A stretch of DNA of 64,000 bases from the human T2T-CHM13v2.0 reference genome, Homo sapiens, in NCBI RefSeq assembly GCF_009914755.1, contig NC_060927.1; one strand, given 5' to 3'. The stretch's first letter is position 1, and each line of letters opens with the position of its first letter. The notes under the pieces are model-generated. The model did no database searches and had not been told where the DNA came from. It saw only the letters and a list, made by a program, of their open reading frames with translations. Position numbers and translations under genes: made by a program. This document shows positions 14,220-36,431 of the stretch, in pieces.

Positions 14220-14726
14220 GAAGCACTCTCCTCTTCCTGCACAGCACAGAGGGCAGGCCTGCAGACTGAGCTTTGTCAACCATGTGCACCTCAGAGCCAA
14301 AGCAAGGCAAGGGCAGAGAGATCTGGTGGACAAGGTCAGATGGAGATCACCAATGCAGGGGTGTCTCTCTCATCGGCCAGGTCAGGCTGCTCTGGTCCCA
14401 GCTGCAAAGACCTGCTTCCTTCTCTGCCTGTGTCTTGGCGGGATATTCCAGAATTCCGTAGTCTTCCCTTCCCACACTAATGCAACAGATTTCTTTTTGC
14501 TCACATTAGCCAGTCTTTTCCTAGTGTTTGCAGCCAAGAACGCTGACATAATCAAGACTTGTCAGGAAGCGAGGCTCTCTCTTCCCTGACCATCAATTCA
14601 CTAGAATCCCAGGTGAACCTCGTTATTACTAAATAATCACCAGGGCTGGGGCTGAGGCAGCTGTAGCTATAGCAAGCTGCTCAGGTGATTCTGATGCTCA
14701 GCCAGGGTAAGAACCACTGCTTTAAG

Positions 14727-15028
<302 letters not shown>

Positions 15029-15147
15029 CTAAGTTTTCTTTTTAAGTGTCTGCATGGCAAGTGAGGGAACATGAGCCTATGCTACTACACTTCTCACATG
15101 GAGGTTAATCAAACATCCTGCGTTCCCTGCCCTTCTGCAGCTGGCAT

Positions 15148-15645
15148 GCATTCACGCATTCAACAAATATTTATTGAGGACCTATTGTGCATGCTCCAGG
15201 CATTGCTCCAGCTTCTAGGGATGCGGCAGCGAGCAAAACAGACAAGAACCCTTCTCTGCTAAAACATACTTTCTAGCAGGGGGAGAGGAAGAGATAATAT
15301 GCAAAAGAAAAGAGAAAAATACATAGTATGTCACACGATGAAAAGTTCTAAGAAGAAAACCAAAGCAGGGAAAAAGAGCGTTGTGTGTGTGTGTTGGGAG
15401 GGTATAGAAATTTAGATGGGATGGTTACAGAAGGAATCCCTGGGAGGTTACATTTGCAGGAAAGGAGCAAGCCTTGAGGACATGCAGTGGGGGGAGAGTT
15501 TTCTAGGCAAACAGAAAGGCAAGTGCAAAGACCCTGAAGTAGGAATATATCTGGGATACTGGAGGAACAGCAGAAGGCCAATGTGTTGTGTGGAGAGAGT
15601 AAGGAAACAGAGCAGTAGAAACTGAAGTCAGAGAGGTAAGGGTGC
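15148..15645 (-). mobile_element. L2 3' region
   Basis: cattcaacaaatatttattgag antisense 3' end and ggcaagtgcaaagaccctga. Confidence 0.7.
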
Positions 15646-16509
15646 TGGAGGGAGGGGGTGTCTGCACCCACTTAAGAAAATGAGACAAAAGGCTCCTCAT
15701 CGAGGTGATTAGCCATCAGATGAAGGAAGGCTGGGGAAAATACCTTCTGGAGATCCTATCCATGCAACTGCTCTCCATTTCACCTGTACTTATTTAGGGT
15801 GTCCTAGGAGTGATGCACCTCTCCAGGATAAACTGTTACACTTTACTTGGCCACATAATTTGGGGGTGAAGGTAAGGCAGAGAGAAACCCTTGTTTCACA
15901 GAGCTTATGCTAACTACACTCTCACACTAGAATGGGCGTGGGTTTTCTTCACAATAAACTCATAATCACCACAATGAGAAAGAGGTGCTGAAAAGAAAAA
16001 GAAATAAAAATATCACGGCAGGATCATAAATCCTAAGTGCTCTTTGTCTGTCTTGAATTAGGGAGGACACTTCCCAGAATCCTGCTTCTTTGGAAAATTG
16101 GAAAATTCCAACAATCACCAGAAGTGGTTTTGTTTCTTTTAGGCATCCTGACTTCCCTCTGTACCTAGAGCTGATCACGGCCCTCCAGCTGATTAGACTA
16201 GATTAGACATCAGGAGAAAAAAATGAAATGCGTATTTCCCTGGATTGTTAAATACTCATTAAACACCTGTTCCATCAACTGACTTGCCCAAACTGCTGTG
16301 CACCCCCACTGCCAGGACACTGATGTCCTTTCTCAGGCTTAGGTTTTCTCCAGCTACCCATAACCCCTTCTTGTTGTCCAGCCTCTGTGTTGACCGGCTG
16401 GGGCTCAGGCTTTGGCTCTGTTCTGTTGGCAGACCTATACATGAATGCTTTGCTCACTCACCGCTTGCTGTGCTGCAAACCAGGGATCAGGAGAGCATCC
16501 ATGCACACT

Positions 16510-17410
16510 CATTCATTCATTCATATGCTTTGTGAGTGGCTACTGGATGTAAGGCATGGTTCTAGGGGCCAAGGAGACACCAGTACACACACACAAAAGT
16601 GAGAGAAGTGAACAGAGGAGGGAAAAATGGGCCTTGCACTTGAGAAGGCAGACCACAAATAAACATGAAATATGTCAGGTGATAAGTGCTGTGGGAAAAC
16701 AAAGGCAGATAAGCAGGTGGAGAATAACAATGCACGTGGTGCTAATTTTTTTCTTTTGAGATGGAGTCTCGCTCTGTCACCCATGCTGAAGTGCAGTGGT
16801 GCAATCTTGGCTCACTGCAACCTCTGCCTCCTGGGTTCAAGCGGTTCTCCTGCCTCAGCCTCCTGAGCAGCTAGGATTACAGGCATCCACCACCATGCCC
16901 AGCTAATTTTTGTATTTTTAGTAGAGACGGGGTTTCACCATGTTGGCCAGGCTGATCTCGAACTCCTAACCTCAGGTCATCCACCTGCCTCGGCCTCCCA
17001 AAGTGTGGGATTACAGGCATGAGCCACCACGCCCAGTCATGGTGCTAGTTTCAAGCAATGGTCAAGAAAGGACATTTTAATAATGTGCCTTTTGACCTAG
17101 ACATCTGGAAAACCTCAGTGTAGATCCTTTCAGGCAGAGAAAACAGTCTGAACCACGGCCCAGAGGCATGGCTGTGCTCGCATGTTGGAACAGCAGCCAG
17201 AAGGCTATGCTGGAGCGAGTGAGCCAGGGGGATGAGATCAGAGAAGTGTCAGAGGACAAGATCAGATGGAACCTCGTCAGCCAAAGCAAGGACTCTGAAT
17301 TTATTCTAGGTGAGATGGAAGCCACCGCAGCATTTGAGGTCATCCTGGCTGCTGTGAGAATAGATTAGAATTCCAGTTAAGAGACTACTGGAGTAATCCA
17401 GGCAAAATAA
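16510..17410 (-). mobile_element. L2 interrupted by a minus-strand Alu (16745-17038)
   Basis: (ATTC)n L2 tail; Alu TSD tggtgcta. Confidence 0.7.
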
Positions 17411-18644
17411 ATGGTGGAGTAAGACATGTGACAGACAAACAGCAGCCTGTCAACAGGAGGTCTTCCCCCCTCCCCTTTCCTCTGCTCCTTGGGGAGGGAT
17501 CATCTAGTGTCAGAGAAAGGGAGGAGCCAAGCGGGGCTGCCTGGCTTGACTGAAATAAGACATTTTTCATAGCAGACATTTTCATAAATACACTGCACTT
17601 TATATCCTTTATTTAAGAATGTTACGAATTTAAAGCCCTTAGAAAGCCTAAGTAAAAAGTGCCTGCCTTCTGAACTTCCCCGACACTGTGTTGTAGCTTC
17701 ACTCAAGATCAAGGAGAAAAGCAGTTTTGGGCAAGCCCTGCCCAATGTATCCATTAAAGTATCTAAACTGCTTTTCACCTACTTTATTTCCCTTGGACAA
17801 AATGTGTGCATGCCCATGACACCTAAGTGAACCACAGTTGTATGGAAACAGCTGGGGTGATCAGGACCCACCCTGAAGAAGCTTTTATCAATAACCACAG
17901 GTTGATGAGGAAATCAGTCCTCCATAATCCGCTGAACTTTCTGTTGTGTGTTCTTATAGTTAAAAAGGTCAGTTACCAGAGACCCTTAACTAGCTCATCC
18001 CCTGGACAATCATAGCTACCCACTGTGCACCCTAAATGTTTTGCTGGAGAAAGACCATGACCAGTCTAGGGAGCCTCATGGTGTCTTCCCTATCCGGCAG
18101 TCTCAAGGCCCCCTCCTCGAGGCTCTGTCGCTGACCGCCTGGCAATCTTGGAGGGGTTTTCATGGGTAGAGCCCTGGCTGGTGAGCTCTCTCCTCCCCGC
18201 TCCCTCCCTGCCATCTGATTATTAGAAAGGGCAGTTTCTCTCTTTAAAACCATGTGGTTTCAAGCACATGGCAAACCTAGCAGACTGTCCCAGATGAACG
18301 GCTGCCTAGTGACTCCCAGTGACAGCCTAAGGAGACAGAACCCTAGAAATGGCCACAATGCTGAGGAGTTTACCGTTGGTCCATTCTCTCACCAGGACTG
18401 GGGCCCTGATCCTGAAACTGATCTTCTCACTTTATCCTTTGGAGACTTTTTTCCTTTTCAAAACAATCCTTGGTGTTCTTTTTAACATAATTTTATCTGA
18501 CTAAATTCAGGGAAGGGAGAGAGGTAAGTATAGATCATATGGAGTGACTTGCCTTAGGGATGGCCAGATACATGACAATAGATTAACTAAAACAAATCAG
18601 CAACCAATCCAGCCAGCTTTCCTCAGACAGAGAAACAAATTACA

Positions 18645-19480
18645 AAATTGTAAGGACCAGATATAGCCTTTAATTCCTAATGTTCAAAAACAATCCTGTC
18701 TTCTAAATCACAACTTTTCGAGTTACAAGATTTATCCACTTCAAATAAGGATACCTTTTATAAAGTACTTTCTTGTGGTTTTACAGATTTCAAGGTGCTT
18801 CTACGTGGCTTCAGCAATTCTCACAACAAACCCTCAGTGGGTCAGGGTCTTCTAAGATTAAAATGTTAACACCAATGCGTGTGAAGTACAGTGAAGTACA
18901 GTGAGGTTAAGGCTCAGTGGCAAACGTTAAAGAGGCCCACACAACACACCAGGGATCAGAGCCAGGTCAAATTCTTGCTCCCCACCTCCACCCCACCTCA
19001 AGAAGAAATTTATTTTTTGTTTTTATTTTTAGAAACAGTCTCACTCGGTCACCCAGGCTGGAGGCCATGTCACGATCACAGCTTACTGTAACCTCAAACT
19101 CCTAGACTCAAGCAATCCTCCTGCCTCAGCCTCCCAAGTAGCTAGGACTACAAGCATGTGCCACCACACTTGTTTCATTTTTAAATTTTTTGTAGCAATG
19201 GGGGTCTCGCTATGTTGCCCAGGCTGGTCCTGAACTCCTGGCCTCAAGGAGGCACTAGATTGAATGACAACAGCTACAGCATTTCTTACTGAACTTAACC
19301 CTGTGTGACCCTTGAAATAATAAAACCCACTGATCAAAATAGATGCTATAATCTTTACCACAAATGAATAATTAACCCTGTGCTCAAACTGCTACAAAAA
19401 TATGAGATTCAAATGTTGGAGCCAATGAAGTTTGTATAAAGGAGAGTTTCTGCCAGTGGGATGTGGCAGTGCCACCCTCC
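18645..19480 (-). other. ACAD11: Probable ACAD11 3' UTR
   Basis: Follows the stop; minus-strand ATTAAA at 18669-18674 and Alu-tail AATAAA at 19009-19014 and 19022-19027; distal end is approximate. Confidence 0.6.
19010..19249 (-). mobile_element. 5'-truncated AluJ-like element in the ACAD11 3' UTR (sense to ACAD11)
   Basis: Antisense Alu on the plus strand, T-rich tail at 19010-19030. Confidence 0.88.
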
Positions 19481-19595
19481 TTATATCTTGGCTGTCAGTC
19501 TTTTGGCTTGGTCCCGCAGCTCCATTGTTGCGATTGCTGAAAGATGAACTTCGTCAGGTCCATCTGCTAAACGCAAAACTCGGGTTATAGCATAC
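19481..19595 (-). CDS. ACAD11: ACAD11 last coding exon: (M)YAITRVLRLADGPDEVHLSAIATMELRDQAKRLTAKI*
   Basis: tttttcAG acceptor; RxxDGPDEVH motif; TAA stop at 19481-19483. Confidence 0.96.
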
Positions 19596-20342
19596 CTGAA
19601 AAAGCAAAAGAATCAGGGAACACAGGGAGTTATGGAAGAGGAACATGATACTTTGACATCAGTCACTCTGATTGTCAACCAAGACTATATTAATTCTTAA
19701 ATTCCACCAAGGTCAGGGTAAGAAAAAGGGTACCAGGAAAATAAGCTAAAGGGCTTCTGCAATGCCATCTTAAAGTTTCCAACTTGGGAAAGTTAAATGC
19801 CAAAGTACAGTGGAGTTCATCTCATTCTTGGTTTGCTACAGTTTACTACATGTTGCTAGAACTTAGAACAGGCAGTGACTGGTATGATACTATATATTTA
19901 GTTCTTTCTTAAGGTTTAAAATTGATGAAGGATGAGACTCTATCTCCATTGTGATAGAGAAGGTGACACTGTAATTATGTGTGGAGATGGACAGATGGGG
20001 AATGGAGAATGTTCCTTTCTGCCTCCCAGTCATCAGGATCTATATATTAGATAGTCACTGACATGTCCTGCTACAAATTCAGCGAAACCCCATGCTGTAT
20101 CTACAGCCCAGGAATCCTCAGTGGGACCCCTCAGTGTAAAAATTAACATAATGGAATGAAATGATTATTGTAATAATAAGAGCAACTATTTCTTGGTGTT
20201 GAGCTCTATATTAATGTATATCACTTCATTTAGCCTTCAATTACACTGAAAATAAACATAAGCAATTAATGTCAAGGCATCTGTAGATTTTTTACCTCCA
20301 CGCCTATCAAACGTAGATGATTCTTAAATGACATCTACTCAC

Positions 20343-20452
20343 ATGTTAGCCAGAGGGTAATCCTGGGAAACACCAGCACCTCCGCACACCTGGATGGCCC
20401 AGTCAACGATTTTGCTGACAGCCCGTGGGGCAGCCACTTTGATCATTGCAAT
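20343..20452 (-). CDS. ACAD11: ACAD11 penultimate exon (110 bp): [36 protein letters not shown](M)
   Basis: tatAG acceptor, GTGAGT donor; AIQxxGGxG FAD-binding motif; phase 0 to 2. Confidence 0.96.
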
Positions 20453-20914
20453 CTATATAAGCAAAATATGAAAAGAATGCTTCTTTCTTAGACTATACAC
20501 AATGTGGCAAAACTGGGAAATGAAACAAGGAAACTTTCCCACATCCAAGTCACCACTAAAACAGGATCTTTAACAAAAGCCAACAAAGAGATCCTGCTGC
20601 AATGCCATATTTCAGTCAATACAGACCCTCTGGAAAGAGACACCTCTTCCAAATCACATTTTATCCATTTATTTCTAACTTGTCTTGTTTCCAAAAGGAT
20701 TTCAGGCAGCTGATAAATCACACTCATCACCTTAGGGATCATAAAAATAGTCCAAGGGTCTTTGCGCTATTAATCAGGTTTCTTTTAGCAGTTTTATGGG
20801 CTTTTAGAATTAAATGATTATGTCTTTATTTCATATAATCCAGAAACATAAGAAAGCAAAGGATGAGAGGTCTCTTTCATGAAACATTTACTATGTAGCA
20901 GTATCATGCTGTGC

Positions 20915-21215
20915 ATTTTTTGTTTTGTTATTTGAGACAGGCTCTCACTCTGTCACGCAGAATAGAGTGGAGTGGCTATTCCCAGGTGTGATCATAGCTC
21001 ACTACTGCTGCCTCAGAATCCTGGGCTCAAGCAATCCCCCTGCCTCAGCCTCCCTGGGACTACAGGTACAAGTTACCATGTCGGCTAATTTTTTTTTTAA
21101 GAGACAGGGTCTCACTATGTTGCCCAGGCTGGTCTCGAATCCCTGGCCTCAAACAATTCTCCCACCTCCACTTCCCAAGTAGCTTGGATTACAGGCGAGA
21201 GCCACTGTACGTGGC
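20915..21215 (-). mobile_element. Old Alu inserted in a MIR
   Basis: Diverged dimeric Alu flanked by MIR-like sequence. Confidence 0.8.
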
Positions 21216-21610
21216 TTCTGCACATTCTATGTACATCATCTTGGTTACTCTTCACAACAACCCTAGGCCTTAGGCAGAAAAGTTAAGTACTTTGCCCGTG
21301 ATCACAAGGCTAGAAGAAAGTGGCAGAGTGGGTGCAGTTCCAGGGCTGTGTAAAGCCTATGATTTCCCCCATTCCTTGTTGCTGTATCTTAAGAATGCTG
21401 AAGATATTCTCCCTCCTGAAAATCATTCCCTAAAGCACTTGCTAGGAGACTAGCAAGTGACAGGCATTTATAATTTATAACCCAAAATCACATGGGGGCT
21501 TCCAATATTCTGAGTGCCATCAAGATGCCATGAAAACTGAAATGTCCAACAGGTGAGAGAACTGGAGAAGGCTCAGCAGTTGGTGGTCTGAGGGGAGAAG
21601 GTAGCCTCAC

Positions 21611-21727
21611 CTCTTTCTTAGCGCCAGCACTGCCCAGAGTGTCCATGCTGTGAGCAGCTTTCAGAGTCAACAAGCGGATCTTCTCAATGGCAATGCGGCT
21701 TTCAGCAATCCAGTGAGCCACAACCTC
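21611..21727 (-). CDS. ACAD11: ACAD11 exon (117 bp): EVVAHWIAESRIAIEKIRLLTLKAAHSMDTLGSAGAKKE
   Basis: tatAG acceptor, GTGAGG donor; overlaps ORF-track entry 21488..21721; phase 0/0. Confidence 0.96.
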
Positions 21728-22224
21728 CTATAGGGGAGGAAAAGGCAGCAAAAGAAGGAGGAGCTAAGCTGGTATCTGATGTCCACGTGTAACACAGTCT
21801 TATAGTTTGGTGAAAACACTCTCTAAGCCAGAGATTGTTCACAAGCTTTACTCTATGTATTTTTAAATGGAAGAGTTAATTCATTTGATATACACCAGCC
21901 TAACCACATACTTGTGGAATGCTTACAGTTAAAATTGAAATATTTTAGAAAGAAATTTTATTTTCCCAGAAAAATCATTTATTTTGGATATCTTAATGTC
22001 TAAGGTAAAGATGGCTGAACTGAGCAACTGCCTTACCGCCAAACCACTCAAAGGCCCTCCTGAATGCTAATTGCCTGCTGTCATGGAAACTTGGCTAAAT
22101 GTATGGTAGTGAAGCTGCTTACAGGTAAACTAGAAAATTCTCAGCACAATTTCAGTGTGGGGACAGTTCAGCAGCAATTTGCTGTGTTGTTATTGTTATT
22201 TATTCATTAAAAATGACCTTTTCT

Positions 22225-25060
<2,836 letters not shown>

Positions 25061-25224
25061 TTGTACACATACTAGAGCGTGTGGGTCCCAAGTCCTAGAT
25101 CTGGAATGGAGGAGACTCTACTTCAGCCTTGGCTCCAGACCCCATTCTCCAATCCATGTTTTCCCAGAGAGCTCTGCATTGTGGCTTACAGACAGCCTAC
25201 ACAGACTAAGAAAATAAGTATGTC

Positions 25225-30555
<5,331 letters not shown>

Positions 30556-30757
30556 TGGTACTTGCTTCTTGTTTAGCTTAGAAAACATTCTGTGAGTTTT
30601 CCCAATTTGTCAGAACTTGTAAGAGAAGCAGGGAGGTAAGTGGAAAAATATGAAAATCAAACCTCACCATAAGTCCCACAGGCAAGCAAACATTCAGAAT
30701 TCTGCAATGAAACCCAGGAGGCATACAAAACGTGTCCAGCAGGCTCTAAGGAGTTTT

Positions 30758-30858
30758 TTGGTTTCCAATTCTAAACACAGAATTGAGTTGGTCCAAGTGT
30801 TGTGGGTTACTGTTAAGCTAAACACAGAATTGGTTTCCAATTCTAAACACAGAATTGG
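30758..30858. repeat. Short local duplication cluster
   Basis: ctaaacacagaattg x3; ttggtttccaattctaaacacagaattg x2. Confidence 0.8.
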
Positions 30859-31004
30859 TGTTTACAATGGAGAAAAATGTTCATCAAGATGAGTTAAACC
30901 AGCAGACAATTACGGTGCTTTGATTCGAGCCATATTAACCTTCCATACCTGTGTTTTCCAGATTATATTTACATTTTATTTTATTTTTTTTCTGATGGTA
31001 ATCA

Positions 31005-33379
31005 TATCTTTTTTATTTACTTTTAACTTTTAAATTCGGGATACATGTGCAAGTTTGTTATATAGATAAACTCGTGCCATGGGGGTTTATTATACAGATT
31101 ATTTCGTCACTCAGGTATTAATCCTAGTACCCATTAGTTATTTTTCCCGACCCTCTCCCTCCTCCCACCTTCCACCCTCTGGTAGGCTACCATGTCTGTT
31201 ATTTCCCTTTATGTGTCCATGTGTTCTCATCATTTAGCTCCCACTTATAAGTGACAAAATGTGGTATTTAGTTTTCTGTTCCTGCGTTAGTTGGCTAAGG
31301 ATAATGACCTCCAGCTCTATCCATGTTCCCACAAAAGAAATCAACTTATTCTTTTTACGGCTGCATAATGTTCCATGGTGTTTCTGTACCACATTTTCTT
31401 TATCCAGTCTATCATTGATGAGCATTTAGGTTGATTCCATGTCTTCACTATTATGAATAGTGCTGTACTGAACATACACACGCATGTGTCTTTAACGTAG
31501 AATGACTTATATACCTTTGCGTATATATCCAGTAATGGAATTGCTGGGTCAAATGGTATTTCTGTTTTAAGTTCTTTGAGGAATCCTCACACTGTTTTCC
31601 ACAATGGCTGAACTCCCACCAACAGTGTATAAGCCTTCCTTTTTCTCCACAACCTCACCAGCCCAGCATCTGTTATTTTTTAATAACAGCCATTCTGACT
31701 AGTGTTAGATAGTATCTCACTGTGGCTTTTTTTTTATTTGTATTTCTCTAATGATCAGTGATTTTTAGCTTTTTTTCACATGCCTGTTGGCCACATGTCT
31801 GTCTTCTTTTCAAAAGAGTCTGTTCATGTCTTTGGCCTACTTTTTAACGGTTTTTTTTTTTTTTTGTAAATTTGTTTAAGTTCCTTATAGATGTTGGATG
31901 TTAGACTTTTGTCAGATGCAAATAGTTTGCTAAATTTTCTCCAATTCTGTAGGTTGCCTATTTACTCTGTTGATAGTTTCTTTTGCCGTGCAGAAGCTCG
32001 TTAGTTTAATTAGATTGCATTGATCAATTTTTGCTTTTTTTGTAATGGCTTTTGGCATCTTCATCATGAAATCTTTGCCCATTCCTATGTCCAGAATGGC
32101 ATTGCGTAGGTTGTCTTCCAGGGTTTTTATAGTTTTGGGTTTTACAGTTAAGTCTTTGATCCTCAACAAAATACTGGAAAACAGAATCCAGCAACACATC
32201 AAAAGGCTTATCCACCATGATCCAGTAGGCTATATCCTTGGGATGTAAGGTTGGTTCAACATTTGCAAATCAATAAATCTGATTCATCACATAGAACTAA
32301 AGACAAAAACCACTTGATCATCTCAATAGATGCAGAAAAGGCTTTCAATAAAATTCAACACCTCTGCTAAACTTTTCTGTTAAAAACTCTCAATAAACTA
32401 GGTATTCGAGGAACATACCTCAAAATAATAAGAGCCATCTATGACAAAACCACAGCAAACATCATACTGAATGGGCAAACACTGGAAGCATTCCCCTTGA
32501 AAACTGGCACAAGACAAGGATGTCCTCTCTCACCACTCCTATTCAACACAGTATTGGAAGTCCTGGGCAGACCAATCAGGCAAGAGAAATAAATAAAGTG
32601 CATCAAAACAGGAAGACAGAAAGTCAAACTATCCCTGTTTGCAGAAGACATTATTCTATATCTAGAAAACCCCAGTCTCAGCCCTAAAGCTTCTTAAGCT
32701 GATAAACAACTTCAGCGAAGTCTCAGGATACAAAATCAACAAACAAAAATCACTAGCACTCCCCGAGAGCCAAATCGGGAATGCAATCCCATTCACAGTT
32801 GCCACAAAAAGAATAAAATACCTAGGAATAGAGCTAACCAGGGAGGTAAAAAATCTTTACAAGGAGAACTACAAAACAGTGCTCAAAGAAATCAGAGATG
32901 ACATAAACAAATGGAAAAACATTCCATGCTCATGGATATGAAGAATCAATATCATTAAAATGACTATACTGCCTGGGGCAATTTATAGATTTAATGCTAT
33001 TCCTATCAAGCTACCAATGACACTCTTCAAAGAACTAGGAAAAACTATTTTAAAATTTATATGGAACCAAGAAAGAGCCCAAATAGCCAAGGCACTCCTA
33101 AACAAAAAGAACAAAGCTGGAGGCATAATGTTACTTGACTTCAAACTATACTACAAGGCTACAGTAACCAAAACAGCATGGTACTGTTACAAAAACAGGT
33201 ACATAGACCAATGTAACAGAGAGCCCAGAAATGGGGCCACATACCTACAACCATCTGATCATTGACAAAGGTGACAAAAACAAGCAATGGAGAAAGGACT
33301 CCCTTATTCAATAAATGGTGCTGGGATAACTTGCTAGCCATCTGCAGGGGATTGAAACTGCGCACCTTCCTTACATCTT
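31005..33379 (-). mobile_element. Primate L1PA with 5' inversion (minus part 31005-32162, inverted plus part 32158-33379)
   Basis: Orientation switches at shared atcc; the two parts are nearly contiguous in L1 coordinates. Confidence 0.88.
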
Positions 33380-33388
33380 AGCCATTTT

Positions 33389-33681
33389 TTTGACGTTTAA
33401 TTGTCCTTTTATTTTCCTTTCTTTTCTTCTTTATTATTTTAAGTTCCGGGATACAAGTGCAAAATGTGTAGGTTTGTTACATAGGTATACAGGTGCCATG
33501 GTGGTTTGCTACACTTATCTACACGTCATCTAGGTTGTAAGCCCTGCATGCATTAGCTATTTGTCCTAATGCTCTCCCTCTCCTTGCCCCCACCCTCCAA
33601 CTGGCCCCGGTGTGTGTTGTTCCCCTCCCCATGTCCATGTGTTCTTATTGTTCATCTCCCCACTTATGAGTGAGAACATGC
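33389..33681 (-). mobile_element. Short 5'-truncated L1PA 3' end
   Basis: Antisense L1 3' UTR; TSD acatcttagccatttt / acaccttggccatttt. Confidence 0.82.
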
Positions 33682-33754
33682 ACACCTTGGCCATTTTTAT
33701 GCTTGGTCATGTTTGCCCTTCAACAGGGGATATTTGATTAGAGTTTCCCTAAAG

Positions 33755-34070
33755 CGGTGATGTTCAACATGATAGCTACTAACCATATGTGGCTAATGAG
33801 CATTTGAAACATACCTAGTCTGAACTGAGATGTACTATAAGTATAAAATATGCACCCCATATTGAAGAATAAATATTAAAATATAAAGTATCTCATTAAT
33901 AATTTTTATATTGATTTCATGTTGAAATAGTATTTTTGATATATTGGGTTAAATAAAATATATTATTAAAATTAATTCCATCTTTTTCTTTTCACTTTTT
34001 AAAAATGTTGCTATTAGAACATTTAAAATAACATTTAAGGTTCATAGTATATTTCTTTTGGATGGCACTG
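33755..34070. mobile_element. MER3/MER33-type hAT-Charlie element
   Basis: 8-bp TSD ccctaaag / ccctagag; cggtgatgttcaa...ttggatggcactg termini. Confidence 0.8.
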
Positions 34071-35307
34071 CCCTAGAGGTTGAAACATGGCTCTGAATTA
34101 ATTTCAAACAAGTTGCTGGTGGTGAATAAATATTTTTTGATGGCTGTAAAACAGGATAATTACAACTTTATAACTTCATGAACAGACTTAGAAGACATTT
34201 ACTTCTCAGCTTTAGAATAAAGGAGGTATTCTCAGTTGGGTCTCTATAGACCCTAGATTTGCTGAAAAGCATTAAATGGGTAGAAACTAGGTGCTCTAGG
34301 GAACTGCCAAATATATTTCCTAAGACAGAACTGGGATGGAGAATTTTTTGCGTTACAGCCTGGAGTAAATTAGAAGGCAGCTGGAAGGAGCCTCCAAATT
34401 CAAAGAAATGAAATGTTCCTTTCACAAATTAAAATAAAAAAGCTGGCCCAGATTTTTGCTTATGACATGCTCACACATCTTTTTGTTTCTGCCAGATCAC
34501 GTTATTTGTGCCAGATGTGAAAAGTTTCCAGTGAAAACAGGCATATTTGTTAAAAAGCCAGGCTTGCTCTGCATGACACATTAACTTTAAAAGGTGGAAC
34601 GGAAATTTTTTACTAATGCAGTATTAAAACACCACTCAGGAAAGCAGCACTTGCACAGAGGGCTTTTGTGCATTCGCGATGCTTGTTTGTCGACTTTACT
34701 GTGTCCTCCCTTCACCCTGCTCCAGAGTTTGCATGCAAGCTTGACAAAAGGGTAAGAAGTAATGGTTGGTGCCCTGAGCACCTCTTCATCCTTCTTCAAC
34801 AGCATCAGAGGCTGTATCCAGGGCCCCAGAGGGTCACACTTTCTCACCTCCTCCCACAGTGCCCAGCCAACAGCTGAACTTTGCTGTATACTAAAAACTT
34901 GCCTTCGCTGTATACTAAAAGGGCTCCTGACAAATTATTCCCAGGTGTAGTGTCATAAAGCGGGCTGTAGCTTTTCAGTTAAAAAACTATACAAATAAAT
35001 CATATAATGCTGAATAATACTTTACAAAAAGCAAACATAGATTATAATAATTTAAGGTAAAAAATACATACTGCAAATTTCATAAGATGGTCAAAAATGT
35101 ATAAGGAGACCGACATACTAAAATATACATGTGCAGCAAACACAAATACAATTCCATCACCACAGATTTGACCTAACACTAACATGTTAGCAATAATAAA
35201 GAGTGAACATTTAATAATAGTTTTTCTTGCCTTCTTAAAACTTAGAAGGGAGATGATGTGGATATCCTACTTCTCTGTAGAAGACTTTTTAAGGAAGTCT
35301 GAAATAA

Positions 35308-35706
<399 letters not shown>

Positions 35707-36276
35707 TAACAACAGACTCAGTAGTATATAATTTATAGATGATAATTCAAAAAGTCATGAATATCTCACAAAATGTTGGTCCCATTTCTACTTGTGTTTC
35801 TCCAGTGACAGAATTCAAGTCCTCCTGAAGAAGCTGATTCCACTTTTAGGTTTATTAGCATGTTTCTCCTTTCCCTGAGTTTTGGGCTGTTTTCCTGTAA
35901 CTTTACACTTATGTGTCCTAATTCCTTCTAGGAAACCAATGGACAAGGCAAATCCTTCTTCCTTATGACAGCTCCTTCATGTCCACAGGGAGCTCTAATG
36001 TTCCAGGTTCTCTAAAGAACAAGAATCTGAGAAAGTTGAAGGAACTGTCTACACTCTTGTGTGCAGAGGTGTTGAAGCATTTTAGGAACTATTTAATTTT
36101 TCATAAAGATAAATACCTCTCATTAGACTATATTTAAATACAGACATAAATATGCCTTATTGAAAAGAATCACCCGGTTCATGTAGAGAAAGTCTGTCTC
36201 TCACAAGTAATGTTTTTGTTCAATGTTAGTGTAGTGCACCGGGCTACAATAAATTCAAATAAGTAATCGTCCTCAC

Positions 36277-36431
36277 ATGTGCATACAACTTCTTCTTGAA
36301 AGCTATCCTTTGTGTTGCCCGCTCACACATGATCTGCAAAGCGCGTTCCGCCAAACCTACTGTTCTCATACAGTGGTGGATTCTGCCAGGTCCAAGGCGG
36401 CCTTGGGAAATTTCAAATCCCCTACCTTCAC
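36277..36431 (-). CDS. ACAD11: ACAD11 exon (155 bp): (G)[51 protein letters not shown]
   Basis: Polypyrimidine tract plus cccAG acceptor, GTGAGG donor; GEGxGF and RxAF ACAD motifs; phase 1 to 0. Confidence 0.96.

Noticed and set aside
30758-30858. CRISPR-like repeat-spacer array
   Set aside because: Eukaryotic context, only 2-3 irregular copies, no cas genes
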